Shown: positions 15,654 to 24,885 of the stretch, one piece after another
Position numbering within the stretch: position 1 is the first letter of the stretch
Layout of the letters: every line of letters starts with the position of its first letter
DNA from: a virus
Taxonomy: Duplodnaviria > Heunggongvirae > Uroviricota > Caudoviricetes
DNA length: 28,437 nucleotides
Virus record (IMG/VR): IMGVR_UViG_3300026224_000011
Span: 1-28,437 of that record
Reading direction: 5' to 3' (one strand)
The notes under the pieces: generated by a model
The model's database searches: none
What the model was told of the DNA's origin: nothing
What the model saw: only the letters and a program-made list of their open reading frames with translations
Made by a program: the position numbers and the translations under genes

Positions 15654-16150
15654 TACGCACCTCCTTTGGCGTCAATATTTACAGCCTGGCAAGCCTCGTT
15701 GAGCACCCAGTCAACCGCGTCTTTCCATGCTCCGGTTTCGACTAGCGGATTCTCACACTTTACCTGTTCATAGAAACGCACTGCTTTAACTAGTCCTTCC
15801 GGTACTACCGATGCTGGCGGGGCAGCATAAAGCTCATGCATTCCATCAGGTAGCGAGTGACCTACATACTCACTGAACCCATCAACACGCATGTATCCAT
15901 CTTCAACAATGAATGACGCTACTGGCAAAGCTACCTCCCGTGCCTCCAGTTCTTCTGCCCACTCCCGAAGCCCTTCAATCTCACCATTACGAGCTATCAG
16001 ATCGCGACACAGTCTTTCGTTTTCATCCAGCAACGCCTGCACAACCTCCGGCGTAGCAGCAGCATGAAAAGCCTGTAGGTTCTGCCACGTCGTATCCCCC
16101 TTCGCGGCCACTGCCACCTCACGCAGTGCCTGATAGTTAATCTCACTCAC
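15653..16150 (-). CDS. Ea22-like family protein (tentative)
   Basis: Start placed at GTG 16148-16150, 6 nt after AAGGAGG; VSEINYQALREV... N-terminus and coiled-coil segment recall ead/Ea22-like prophage proteins. Confidence 0.4.
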   Translation of the reverse strand: MSEINYQALREVAVAAKGDTTWQNLQAFHAAATPEVVQALLDENERLCRDLIARNGEIEGLREWAEELEAREVALPVASFIVEDGYMRVDGFSEYVGHSLPDGMHELYAAPPASVVPEGLVKAVRFYEQVKCENPLVETGAWKDAVDWVLNEACQAVNIDAKGGA

Positions 16151-16239
16151 TGGTTGCCTCCTTTTTCCATATTCGGGTGCTTTTGCCAGTACCGCACACG
16201 GTTCTATCTGATTGCCATTAATTCGACACTTTAATTCAC

Positions 16240-16404
16240 TCACTTCAATTCCTCCCGACGACGTACCTGAAGTTCCAGCATTGCGGCCCGGAAATCCTGC
16301 CACCATTCCTCATCGGCAACGGGAGTGTTCCGCTCCAGCACCTTGTCCGCATCGGCAATCAGTCTGGTCAGGCTCTTATCGCTTATTCTGGTTTGCTGGT
16401 TCAC
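16240..16404 (-). CDS. small hypothetical protein
   Basis: 54-codon ORF from GTG 16402-16404, overlapping the upstream stop (GTGA); below the ORF-track size cut-off. Confidence 0.25.
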   Translation of the reverse strand: MNQQTRISDKSLTRLIADADKVLERNTPVADEEWWQDFRAAMLELQVRRREELK

Positions 16405-16625
16405 TGCGCCGCCTCCTGTTTTGCCACTTTAAACGCCCGTAACATCGGGACAGTCTTGCCGGTGATAACAGTTCTCATTAAAAGACCGCCACCGCTCTCA
16501 TGGTGCACTTCAGGGGCTACAAACAGCGCCGCATCTACAACCCGGCAATAGCGACGGAACTCCCAGAACCAGCAGGTGACAATGATTTTTGCGGTAACCC
16601 CATAGTCATAAAATTCAATATTCAT
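16401..16625 (-). CDS. hypothetical early protein
   Basis: 74-aa ORF; ATG overlaps the upstream stop (ATGA). Confidence 0.35.
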   Translation of the reverse strand: MNIEFYDYGVTAKIIVTCWFWEFRRYCRVVDAALFVAPEVHHESGGGLLMRTVITGKTVPMLRAFKVAKQEAAQ

Positions 16626-16849
16626 TTGCAGTTAAACCTTCTTTTGTGACGTTCTACGGCGGCTTTCATGGCGTTGTGCACGGTTCTTTTAATAATCCGG
16701 CGTCCCACACTGTCATAGAACCGCCACCGGGAATCCCCCGGATATTTAAGGAACTCAACCGCCGCGCTACCGTCATTCATCCTGTATTCGTGGCGTTCTC
16801 CGGGCGGCTGGTATATTGCTTCGGTAACACTGAGAAGTTTAAAAGCCAT
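16622..16849 (-). CDS. hypothetical early protein
   Basis: 75-aa ORF; ATG at 16849, 2 nt after the upstream gene stop. Confidence 0.35.
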   Translation of the reverse strand: MAFKLLSVTEAIYQPPGERHEYRMNDGSAAVEFLKYPGDSRWRFYDSVGRRIIKRTVHNAMKAAVERHKRRFNCK

Positions 16850-16851
16850 CG

Positions 16852-17568
16852 TTACACCCTCCCCAATGCCAGTGGTCTGTTGCTCTGACCATTAACCCCC
16901 TGATGCAGCCTGGCGTTTTTCCCGGCGATAAAACCGGCAGTAGCGGCAAACTCTGCACCCCGGCACGCTTTAGCTGTGCGCATATCCCCGTCGCGCAGCC
17001 CTTTCGTGCTGTGCAGGTTCTTTCTGTAAAGCTCAAGGCGACTTTTTTCTTCCGGGGAGACGTCATACACCGCAATGACATCACGGACACCAAAGACCCA
17101 GCCTTCGCAGAACTGGTCGCCACGGGCTACCCGCGTGGACGGGCCGCAACGTTTGCAGTGTTTATCCTGATATTTTTTACGTTCAGCCATCATCTGACGG
17201 GAAAGCACATCAAACGCGTATGCCGCAATTTCCGGGCGGCTGTCAGGACCATAAAAACGAACGTAACGTTTGAGTGAACCAGAAGCCCGGTATTCACCTG
17301 AGATGTAACACTCGACACCGAAGGCTTTACATACCAGGTCACACAGGATGTGCATATAACGCGGCGGCGTACTGGCATCACTCGGCGCACCCGCGCTGGC
17401 AGCTTCCTGAATGTCGAACAATTCCGCGTCGTTTTCGCTGATACCATGCTGGCGCATATAAGCCTGGGCTTTTGCAATAGCGTTAGCGGCTTCTTCCGGG
17501 CTTGATGTTCCTCTGGCAAGGCGTAACAGTTTTTTGATTTTGGCAATGTATTTGCTTTTATTTTCCAT
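16852..17568 (-). CDS. DUF2786-like phage protein (from memory)
   Basis: 238 aa; N-terminus KYIAKIKKLLRLARGTSSPEEAANAIAKAQAYM matches the DUF2786-type motif; GAGGGA RBS. Confidence 0.45.
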   Translation of the reverse strand: MENKSKYIAKIKKLLRLARGTSSPEEAANAIAKAQAYMRQHGISENDAELFDIQEAASAGAPSDASTPPRYMHILCDLVCKAFGVECYISGEYRASGSLKRYVRFYGPDSRPEIAAYAFDVLSRQMMAERKKYQDKHCKRCGPSTRVARGDQFCEGWVFGVRDVIAVYDVSPEEKSRLELYRKNLHSTKGLRDGDMRTAKACRGAEFAATAGFIAGKNARLHQGVNGQSNRPLALGRV

Positions 17569-17648
17569 AATGAATCCCTCAGATTCAGGCGTAAGCCAGC
17601 CCCGGCGGGTTTACGCCTGTTTTAAATAACAATTAAAAACAAATTAAA

Positions 17649-17840
17649 TTAATGCGCTGCTTTCAGTGTTTCGACTTTTACGAAATAAGGCTCGACATTA
17701 ATTTCAACCACACAACCACATTTAAAATCTCTGGCCGGTGCAACAGTTTTTACCACCCGACCACCACGCACCGCCTGATGTGCAATGTGCATGAAACGAG
17801 TACCAGGCGGATATAACTGATTAAAGCGTTTCGCGTTCAT
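17649..17840 (-). CDS. small hypothetical protein
   Basis: 63 aa from ATG 17840 (MNAKRFNQLYPPG...); overlaps the 3' end of the upstream gene. Confidence 0.3.
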   Translation of the reverse strand: MNAKRFNQLYPPGTRFMHIAHQAVRGGRVVKTVAPARDFKCGCVVEINVEPYFVKVETLKAAH

Positions 17841-18054
17841 GAATCGGCTTCCATCCTTTCTGGTGAGCATTGGCACAGAACTGTGCCCGGTGTTCTGCCC
17901 AGATGCGGCGCAGGGTGCTACACGGGCTTTGCGCTGCCTTACGCCACAGCTTTTCAGCCTCGGCATAATCGCCGCGTTGTTCTGCTCTGGACGCGCCCAG
18001 CGAATACGCCGCGCAACTATTTCTGGCTCTGTACTCTTTGATATCCTGATGCAT
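17821..18054 (-). CDS. small helical protein, possibly ANR-family-like regulator
   Basis: 77 aa from ATG 18054, adjacent to the upstream stop; ...GDYAEAEKLWRKAAQSP...WAEHRAQFC pattern. Confidence 0.3.
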   Translation of the reverse strand: MHQDIKEYRARNSCAAYSLGASRAEQRGDYAEAEKLWRKAAQSPCSTLRRIWAEHRAQFCANAHQKGWKPIHERETL

Positions 18055-18055
18055 G

Positions 18056-18700
18056 TTAAACCCCTGCAATATCAAGCGGGATTGCGCGGTATTCATCAGA
18101 ATCACCGACGCGCTCATACACGCGGATATAGCTTCTGCTACCAACCACCTGGACGGCTTCACCAATCAGTTTCATGGCGTTATCCCAGCGTTCCTCCGTA
18201 ATATCGAGACGACGCAGAGCCAGAACGCGACCGGTGTTGATGTTGCCTTCCTTGTCCGTGCTGAATGCCTCACTGATGATGGCCTTAATTTCAGGGCGTG
18301 CGCCTTCCGTCCAGTCAGCCAGACAGTCATCAATCAGCGCCTTCGCGGTCTGAATGCGTTCATCAAGCGCGATACGGTCCTGCATGGCGCGCTGAATCTT
18401 GTAACGCCCGTCAAAGCTGTAAAGCGTGATATTCCCTTTTTTACCGCCTTTCACAGCGCCGTATTTCTCCGCCGACAGGTCAATAAACGCCTGAATATCA
18501 CCAAACGCACGCAGTTTCAGTTCACGCAGTGAGGCGGAGGCAGCAATCACCATCTCCACCAGCTCACCGACCAGCTGCTCGCGGTCGCGGTCAATATCTT
18601 TGATAAGGCTTTCAGGTGTCATTACGCCACGGGCATCCACCCAGTAACCTTCAGGTGCCTGAGTTTTCGTGTATTGCTTAACTTTATTTTCAGTCGTCAT
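18056..18700 (-). CDS. conserved Mu-like early protein (DUF3164-like, from memory)
   Basis: 214-aa ORF, ATG at 18700; size and position typical of an early accessory gene of Mu-like phages. Confidence 0.45.
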   Translation of the reverse strand: MTTENKVKQYTKTQAPEGYWVDARGVMTPESLIKDIDRDREQLVGELVEMVIAASASLRELKLRAFGDIQAFIDLSAEKYGAVKGGKKGNITLYSFDGRYKIQRAMQDRIALDERIQTAKALIDDCLADWTEGARPEIKAIISEAFSTDKEGNINTGRVLALRRLDITEERWDNAMKLIGEAVQVVGSRSYIRVYERVGDSDEYRAIPLDIAGV

Positions 18701-18729
18701 AATTAAATTACCTCAGTGATATTTACAGA

Positions 18730-18945
18730 TTAATTTGTGTTATGTGCGCAGGGCGCAGCGTTTTCAGAAAAAATATTCACGCCGTTGTAGTCATTTCTCA
18801 GTGCTTCCTTGATAACATCATGTAATCCTGTTGCCACCTGAAACTCCCTTTCAGAAGCGCCATCCTTCAAATAACTTCCTGTAATCTGGGTTAAAACCCT
18901 GCCTTTTTCATTGGTATAGATAATTACTTCTAACTTAACCGCCAT
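18730..18945 (-). CDS. small hypothetical protein
   Basis: 71 aa from ATG 18945, 6 nt after AAAGGAG; AT-rich block. Confidence 0.4.
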   Translation of the reverse strand: MAVKLEVIIYTNEKGRVLTQITGSYLKDGASEREFQVATGLHDVIKEALRNDYNGVNIFSENAAPCAHNTN

Positions 18946-19126
18946 GTTTTTCTCCTTTGAAATCAAACGATTTAAAAATAATTTCGTTCATAAAACAGTG
19001 AGTTTTTATGATAATGTCGGAAACCTGCTCTCCCGTGACATCAGGCGGCAACTGATACGTCGCGACAGCTTTCTCCGGTTTACCAGGCCTGTCCAGGCTG
19101 AAGGTTAACTCAAGCTCTAATGACAT
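18935..19126 (-). CDS. small hypothetical protein
   Basis: 63-aa ORF; ATG at 19126 with GAGGA RBS; AT-rich block. Confidence 0.4.
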   Translation of the reverse strand: MSLELELTFSLDRPGKPEKAVATYQLPPDVTGEQVSDIIIKTHCFMNEIIFKSFDFKGEKHGG

Positions 19127-19141
19127 TTTCAGTTCCTCGTT

Positions 19142-19381
19142 TTACTGCCATACGACGGTGCAGCCGTCGATACAGGACGTTTTCACCACGCGGCGCAGGC
19201 CGCTGAATGTCTGGATGATTTCCGTTACCGGCCATACAGGACCACCCACGGGCGGGCAGGCATAAACCACAGGTAAACGGTGATGCTGCCCCGTTACACG
19301 ACCGCCAGTGGTGTGGATGGCCACACGGGCACGGGAACGGACGGCGTTAATGGTCTGCTTGTCCATCGTCTTGTTCTCCAT
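19142..19381 (-). CDS. hypothetical protein following the B gene
   Basis: 79-aa ORF whose ATG overlaps the B stop (ATGA); Cys pairs CPP...CIDGC; no family recognised. Confidence 0.3.
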   Translation of the reverse strand: MENKTMDKQTINAVRSRARVAIHTTGGRVTGQHHRLPVVYACPPVGGPVWPVTEIIQTFSGLRRVVKTSCIDGCTVVWQ

Positions 19382-20274
19382 CAGTGAATTAACATTTCTG
19401 CGAATTTATCAATGGCCTGCACACTGACCGGTGCATCGCTGATATCACAAATCCGGTACACACCGCGCGCCAGTTTGAAGAGGCGGCGGGCATTACCCAG
19501 CGAGCGTACGTAAAGCGCCTCGCTGATTTCCGGTTCTGCTGCTTCCGGCATCAGCCCGGTGGCTATCTGGTTAAAATCTTCCTGCGCCAGCGTATCGCCC
19601 AGGTTAAGCGCCAGCGCCACACGGCTGTATAACTGGGCGAACTCACCGCGACGTCCCTTGAGGTTAATCAGAAGGCGTGGCATACCCGCCAGGACAATCC
19701 CGATACCCGCTTTGTCATGCAGACGGCGCAGAACCTCCAGTGCGCGATAGGGGAGCAGTTCAGCCTCGTCCACCATCAGCAGGCGACCGGAATCACGCAG
19801 TTCTCGCACACATGCATCAATCAGTTCGTGGATATTGCCGCGAACTTTTACCCCCAGCTGGCGGCACAGCTCCTCAAGCAGTGTTCTGGCTGTATAGCCC
19901 GGGTCGGCTTCAATCAGGACCGCATCCCGGTTTCTGGCGGCGTATTCACGCAGAATCATTGTTTTGCCAAGACCTGCCGCGCCATACAGTACGCAGATTT
20001 CACATTCCAGGTGAGCATAGGCCAACACCTCCAGTCCTTTGGCAGCCATACCGGTGGCAACAAATTTCGCTTTAATACGGCGGCTGTTTTCCTTTTCCCG
20101 CTCACGGGTCACAAAGGCGAAAATGCGTTCTTCAATATCAGCCATATCGCCCTGATATTTACCCTGTAAATACTGGTTGATAACGGCGCTGCTACGACCA
20201 ATAGCACGGGCGACGTGGGTTTGCGTATAGCCGCGACGGGCCATTACGTCATTTAATTGCGTAATTAAACTCAT
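19381..20274 (-). CDS. MuB-like transposition ATPase (AAA+)
   Basis: 297 aa; N-terminal HTH-like region; Walker A GAAGLGKT; Walker B LLMVDEAE; directly downstream of the transposase. Confidence 0.8.
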   Translation of the reverse strand: MSLITQLNDVMARRGYTQTHVARAIGRSSAVINQYLQGKYQGDMADIEERIFAFVTREREKENSRRIKAKFVATGMAAKGLEVLAYAHLECEICVLYGAAGLGKTMILREYAARNRDAVLIEADPGYTARTLLEELCRQLGVKVRGNIHELIDACVRELRDSGRLLMVDEAELLPYRALEVLRRLHDKAGIGIVLAGMPRLLINLKGRRGEFAQLYSRVALALNLGDTLAQEDFNQIATGLMPEAAEPEISEALYVRSLGNARRLFKLARGVYRICDISDAPVSVQAIDKFAEMLIH

Positions 20275-20292
20275 AATTAAATACCTTTTAAA

Positions 20293-22335
20293 TTAACGGT
20301 TGTTTGTGCCGTTTTTCTTTAAATTGCGTTCGCGTTCAGATGCGAATAAATAAAGTTCTTCTTTTTCCTTTTTCTCCGGGCGCTCCAGTCCATATCCCAG
20401 ATTAAAGTCAGGCTTCTGCGTAATGGCCGGGGTAAGCTCGCGTTTAGCTTCTTCGATTTTCTGCGTGGCCCGTGCAATGCGGCCCCTGACGCGTTTCTCC
20501 AGTTTTTGCTCGATAACTGGTTTAGCGAAGGCATCAACCTTGTTACCGTTCCAGATGGCATCGCAGATATAAGAGCCATCAGCCCGCCGGACAATGACGC
20601 TGTTTGCATCATGAATATCGTAACTGACCCTGACTTCATTCCCGTGCTCTGCGGCCAGCTCATATGAGTAATAAATATTGTTGAATAACTGAATTTCCCC
20701 GCGAAATGTTTTGCGCGTCACTTCCGGTCTGAACATTTCATGCAGTTCTTCCGGCGACAGCATGTCGATTTCAGCCTTTTGCTCTTTTATCAGTTTCCGG
20801 CGATACGCTGCCGGGCTGTAATATTCGCCATCCTCTTTGCGAGGAAGGCTGCTGTGTGGCCGGTTGTTATAGCGTCTGACCTCCAGCTCTATGGCTGCCA
20901 TCAGTTGCTCAAAGGTAGGGATTTCATCCCTCGCCTTAACCTGCCGTTTTGTCAGCTCTTTCCCTTTGTGGGTGGCCTTAATGGCTGACTGCATAATCCG
21001 TTGCTGCATCATTACGGTTTCCTTGTCTGCATCCCTTGCGCAGTACGTCTGGAAACTCAGAGCCACGTCTTTGGGTATTCCTTTGTTTGCCCGTTCAATC
21101 ACCCCGCGCCCCTGCGGGTTACCTGGTATCCCCGTGTGATGTTCCACACCCAGACGGGGCAGAATCCCGGTAATATCGGCATCAAGCACCCGGTTTTTTT
21201 CGCCGCCCCCGTTATCGGAGTAATAAATCAGCGGTATCCCGTGCTGTGCCATGCCGTAACGCAACGCATCAGCAACAGCTATCACGTTCTCCGACAGGGA
21301 CAGTGACCAGCCCACAACAAAGCGTTGCCCCGCATCCATAACCAGCGTCACTTCTGGCCGGAAAATATTGCCGGTCAGGGGGTTAAACGCGGTCATTTTC
21401 ATACAGTGACCATCCCCGACCCATACCGCATTAACCGGTAATGATGTCCAGTCGCGCCGCACAAAGGGATTGAGCGAACGCCAGGCTGAACCGGTGGAGC
21501 GGAAACGCTCTTTAACAATCACCGGGACGCTGCTTAACACCCGTCTTACTGCGTGAACTGAAGGCAGTGCCGCCAGCATTCCCGCATCATTCGCGTGTTT
21601 TTCATGCCACCAGGCTGAAAACTCACGATACGCATATTCAACAGTCGGGCGCTTCCATGAGCGATAGAACATAAAGAAATCGCTCAACCACCAGACCTGC
21701 TCCCACGGTGTTCCCTTATGATGACCGGGAGCCAGTAACGCCAGTAACTGATTGGCATCACCGCGCGCCATCACCCAGCTGGAGTACCAGCTATCCAGGC
21801 TGCCGGTGCTGACACCGGTTCGCTTTCCCTGACGTGCATTTGCAGTATTCGCTGCTTCGATAATGCGGTCAGGTAACGCCCCCATGCGCACACCATCAAC
21901 GATGTGCTTTAAAGCGGCCTTCCTGGTCATTCCGGCATACTCGCGCAGCTTATGCACTTCAGTAGCCAGCAATATCCGCGCATCAGCGATGGCCTTTTGC
22001 TTGTCGGTCAGTGACTGGACTTCGCGTAATGCCAGCTCCGGGCATTTGACCATCACCTCCAGTTCATCGCGAACGGCGACGTTTTTAACTGCTTTCTGCT
22101 CAACTACGGCGGGCAGTTGTGCATCTTCCAGGACCTGATGAGTCAGGCGCTTACGTAAAACTTTCTGCGCTTCAGCGGGCAGGCAGTCGATGTGATACTC
22201 GAATGCTTTGGTGCCTTCGCGCTTGCGCTTCCATTCTGGGTGCGTCTCTGTGATCCGATTGAGCGTCCAGCGCACCCCCTGAACTGTACCGGGCAAACCA
22301 GGAAGACCGGCCAGCTCATTGGCTGAATAAAACAT
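20293..22335 (-). CDS. MuA-like DDE transposase
   Basis: 680 aa; Mu A-like size and architecture; ATG overlaps the ner stop (TAATG). Confidence 0.85.
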   Translation of the reverse strand: MFYSANELAGLPGLPGTVQGVRWTLNRITETHPEWKRKREGTKAFEYHIDCLPAEAQKVLRKRLTHQVLEDAQLPAVVEQKAVKNVAVRDELEVMVKCPELALREVQSLTDKQKAIADARILLATEVHKLREYAGMTRKAALKHIVDGVRMGALPDRIIEAANTANARQGKRTGVSTGSLDSWYSSWVMARGDANQLLALLAPGHHKGTPWEQVWWLSDFFMFYRSWKRPTVEYAYREFSAWWHEKHANDAGMLAALPSVHAVRRVLSSVPVIVKERFRSTGSAWRSLNPFVRRDWTSLPVNAVWVGDGHCMKMTAFNPLTGNIFRPEVTLVMDAGQRFVVGWSLSLSENVIAVADALRYGMAQHGIPLIYYSDNGGGEKNRVLDADITGILPRLGVEHHTGIPGNPQGRGVIERANKGIPKDVALSFQTYCARDADKETVMMQQRIMQSAIKATHKGKELTKRQVKARDEIPTFEQLMAAIELEVRRYNNRPHSSLPRKEDGEYYSPAAYRRKLIKEQKAEIDMLSPEELHEMFRPEVTRKTFRGEIQLFNNIYYSYELAAEHGNEVRVSYDIHDANSVIVRRADGSYICDAIWNGNKVDAFAKPVIEQKLEKRVRGRIARATQKIEEAKRELTPAITQKPDFNLGYGLERPEKKEKEELYLFASERERNLKKNGTNNR

Positions 22336-22571
22336 TACGCCGCCTTACTGGCATACCGGCTTGGCCAGATCTCCGCAGGTTCCACACCAATAGCATCGGC
22401 TATGATGCGTTCATATTTAGGGCATGAGCGATACAGTGCATTTTTTAAAGAGTCTTTTTTTAGACCAGCGCGTTCAGAAAGTTCACGCAATGTAAAACCT
22501 TTGGTGTGCACAGCGGCAACGATGTACTCGCGGTGCCAGTCTTTGTTCATTACTTCATTTCTAACCATCAT
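22335..22571 (-). CDS. Ner-like DNA-binding regulator
   Basis: C-terminal ...EIWPSRY... and NKDWHR match Mu Ner; start placed at ATG 22569-22571; the ORF-track extension to 22709 is rejected. Confidence 0.75.
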   Translation of the reverse strand: MMVRNEVMNKDWHREYIVAAVHTKGFTLRELSERAGLKKDSLKNALYRSCPKYERIIADAIGVEPAEIWPSRYASKAA

Positions 22572-22739
22572 TAGGTTACCCTTAAAAGTTATCCGTGCGG
22601 ATAACACCGCCGTGTTATCCCTTCGGATATAAGTATTGATCCACAAATAGAAAATTACAAGCTTTCTTTTCTTTCTTTGGTGAAAAGAAAGTCTTTTTGA
22701 AGAAAGCACATGTAAATCAACACGTTAGAAGGAAAGAAA
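22572..22739. promoter_or_regulatory. ner-c divergent control region with operator-like repeats
   Basis: Overlapping inverted repeats ttatccg tg cggataa (22589-22604) and ggataacac cgcc gtgttatcc (22599-22620); CTTTC/GAAAG repeat array 22661-22735. Confidence 0.5.
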
Positions 22740-23390
22740 ATGAGTAAACAAATCGCTGATGATTTTTCCTTTTCTCAGGATAGAAAAGAAAGCATTCAAG
22801 ACAGAATCAAACAACTGATTGGCACCAGGAGCCTGCGTAAAGCCACCTCAGACTGGGGATTACCGTACTCGACCATAAATAACTACTTTGAAAAAGGCAC
22901 GACACCTGGCCTAAATGTGGTCGCTACAATAGCAAAATTAGAGAATGTATCACTGGAATGGCTGGTCTACGGTGAGAACAGAAGTGTTCCAATGGTAGAA
23001 AAATCAAGGGTGACTACAGAAGACGTTAACCGCCCCGATACAAGTATTGTTGACGAAATACTAAGACGAGCCGCTCCAGAAGATAGAGAGCGTCTTATTG
23101 ATATGCTTTGTTGTATTGGTATCAAAGGAGTCCTGGAACGCCTACAACAACCCACCAGGCAAGCGAAACAGGCCTACAACGACCTAGACGAACAGGAGAA
23201 TGCCATCAGAAGCCTGAACATCAGGGAATCGCTAAAAGACGCCATATGTATGGCATTAGATGGTAACGAAGAAATTGACAAAGAGATTTTGCGCCGCATC
23301 GAATCTCATATACGAGCTAGGTCGCCAGGTGGTCAGACCGTTGCCACGCCGGAGCAAGAAACGAAGCCTGTAAACAAGAAATCAGCATAA
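22740..23390 (+). CDS. prophage repressor (c-like)
   Basis: 216 aa; ATG after AAGGAAAG RBS; HTH-like N-terminal region; divergent from ner as in Mu; AT-rich. Confidence 0.65.
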   Translation: MSKQIADDFSFSQDRKESIQDRIKQLIGTRSLRKATSDWGLPYSTINNYFEKGTTPGLNVVATIAKLENVSLEWLVYGENRSVPMVEKSRVTTEDVNRPDTSIVDEILRRAAPEDRERLIDMLCCIGIKGVLERLQQPTRQAKQAYNDLDEQENAIRSLNIRESLKDAICMALDGNEEIDKEILRRIESHIRARSPGGQTVATPEQETKPVNKKSA

Positions 23391-23702
23391 GCGCCTCGTT
23401 TTGGCGGGGCGTATGCTGTTAGCTAATCAGCAATAACCACAACAAAACCGAACACAACAGATGAGAACAAATTGAGGAAAACGGGCAAGGATAAAACACT
23501 TTTTAAAAGCATTTAAAACCCGTTAAGTTTGTAGCAGAACCAGATCAAAAGCGCCCAGAAAAAAGCGCAAAAAAAAGCGTTTTTGGTCATTTCTCACAAA
23601 TCCGCCCAGAATCACACTAAATCACCACACCCCGCGCCACACAAGGCTTGCAGGTTCTACCAGGCTGCACGAACTCCGCCCAGAATTGATCACCACCCCA
23701 CA
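23391..23702. repeat. prophage c-end terminal region (attL-equivalent) with candidate transposase-binding repeats
   Basis: cgcccagaa at 23552-23560 and ccgcccagaat at 23602-23612 and 23677-23687; terminal dinucleotide CA at 23701-23702. Confidence 0.55.
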
Positions 23703-24724
23703 ATCTCGGTGGGAACGCCCATCATGTTGTAGGAAACAGCGGAGAACCAGTCGAGATTGGGGAACATCTTTTTGCTCTCCCACATCACCGTTTCCAGGCG
23801 ATCGGCAATGTTGTACATCTTCAGCGAGCCGCCTTCCTGCGAGAGCTGCTTCGCCACACGCTTGATCACCTGATGGCGCGGGTCGGCGATGGTATAAACC
23901 GGATGGCCAAAACCAATCACCACTTCTTTGTTTTCCACGCGCTTGCGGATATCCGCTTCGGCTTCGTCCGGCGTTTCGTAGCGTTGCTGGATCTCCAGTG
24001 ACACTTCATTCGCCCCGCCGTGCTTCGGCCCGCGCAGTGCACCAATCGCGCCGATAATGGCTGAATACATATCAGAGCCGGTGCCCGCAATCACCCGGCT
24101 GGTAAAGGTGGAGGCGTTAAACTCATGCTCGGCGTACAGCACCAGCGAAATTTGCATCGCCTTTTCCCAACTTTGCGACGGCTTTTCACCATGCAGCAGA
24201 TGCAGGAAGTGACCGCCGATAGAGTCGTCATCGGTTTCCGGCTGGATGCGTTCGCCGTTGTGGCTGTAGTGATACCAGTAGAGAAGAATCGAACTCAGCG
24301 ACGCCAACAGTTTGTCGGCAATATCCCGCGCGCCGGAGACGGTGTGCCCCTCTTTTTCCGGCAGCGTGCAGCCGAGCGCGGAAACGCCGGTGCGCATAAC
24401 ATCCATCGGGTGCGACGCCGCAGGTAAAGCCTCCAGCACGGTACGCACGTTAGCCGGTAAACCGCGCAGGGCTTTCAGTTTCGTTTTGTAAGCGGCGAGT
24501 TCGTCACGGGTCGGCAGTTTGCCGTGGATCAGCAGATGCGCCACTTCTTCAAATTCGCAATGTTCTGCGAGATCGAGAATATCGTAGCCGCGATAGTGCA
24601 GGTCGTTGCCGCTTTTGCCTACGGTACAAAGCGCGGTGTTACCCGCCGGAACGCCAGAAAGTGCCACAGATTTTTTTGGTTTAATGACATGGGTACTGTT
24701 TTGCAGGATCGTTGTGTCGCTCAT
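23690..24724 (-). pseudogene. prpC: 2-methylcitrate synthase, C-terminally truncated by prophage insertion
   Basis: 344-aa ORF matches PrpC through ...NMMGVPTE, then IVGW-stop encoded by phage DNA; native PrpC is about 389 aa (recalled). Confidence 0.9.
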
Positions 24725-24749
24725 GTTGTCCTCGTCATTGTTATCATTT

Positions 24750-24870
24750 GTAGGGTCGAGATTGTTGTCGGATGCGACGCCATGCGTCTTATCCGACCTA
24801 CAGTTCAGTACACCTCGTAGGCCTGATAAGTCGCGTCAGCGGCGCATCAGGCATCGGTTGTCGAATACAA
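24750..24870. repeat. REP/BIME-type palindromic repeats between prpB and prpC
   Basis: ...tgtcggatgcgacgccatgcgtcttatccgacctaca... and inverted ...gtaggcctgataagtcgcgtcagcggcgcatcaggca... match the REP consensus. Confidence 0.55.
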
Positions 24871-24885
24871 CCACCAGACGTTTGT

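Larger units (their letters stand above)
124..23702 (-). mobile_element. Mu-like transposable prophage, c-proximal part (partial in window)
   Basis: Mu-like gene order on the minus strand; MuA-, MuB- and Ner-like proteins; element ends ...CA at 23701-23702 where the prpC reading frame diverges. Confidence 0.85.

Noticed and set aside
22572-22709. N-terminal extension of the Ner-like ORF to 22709
   Set aside because: Similarity to Mu Ner begins near NKDWHR. The extension would cover the operator repeats and read as low-complexity sequence.
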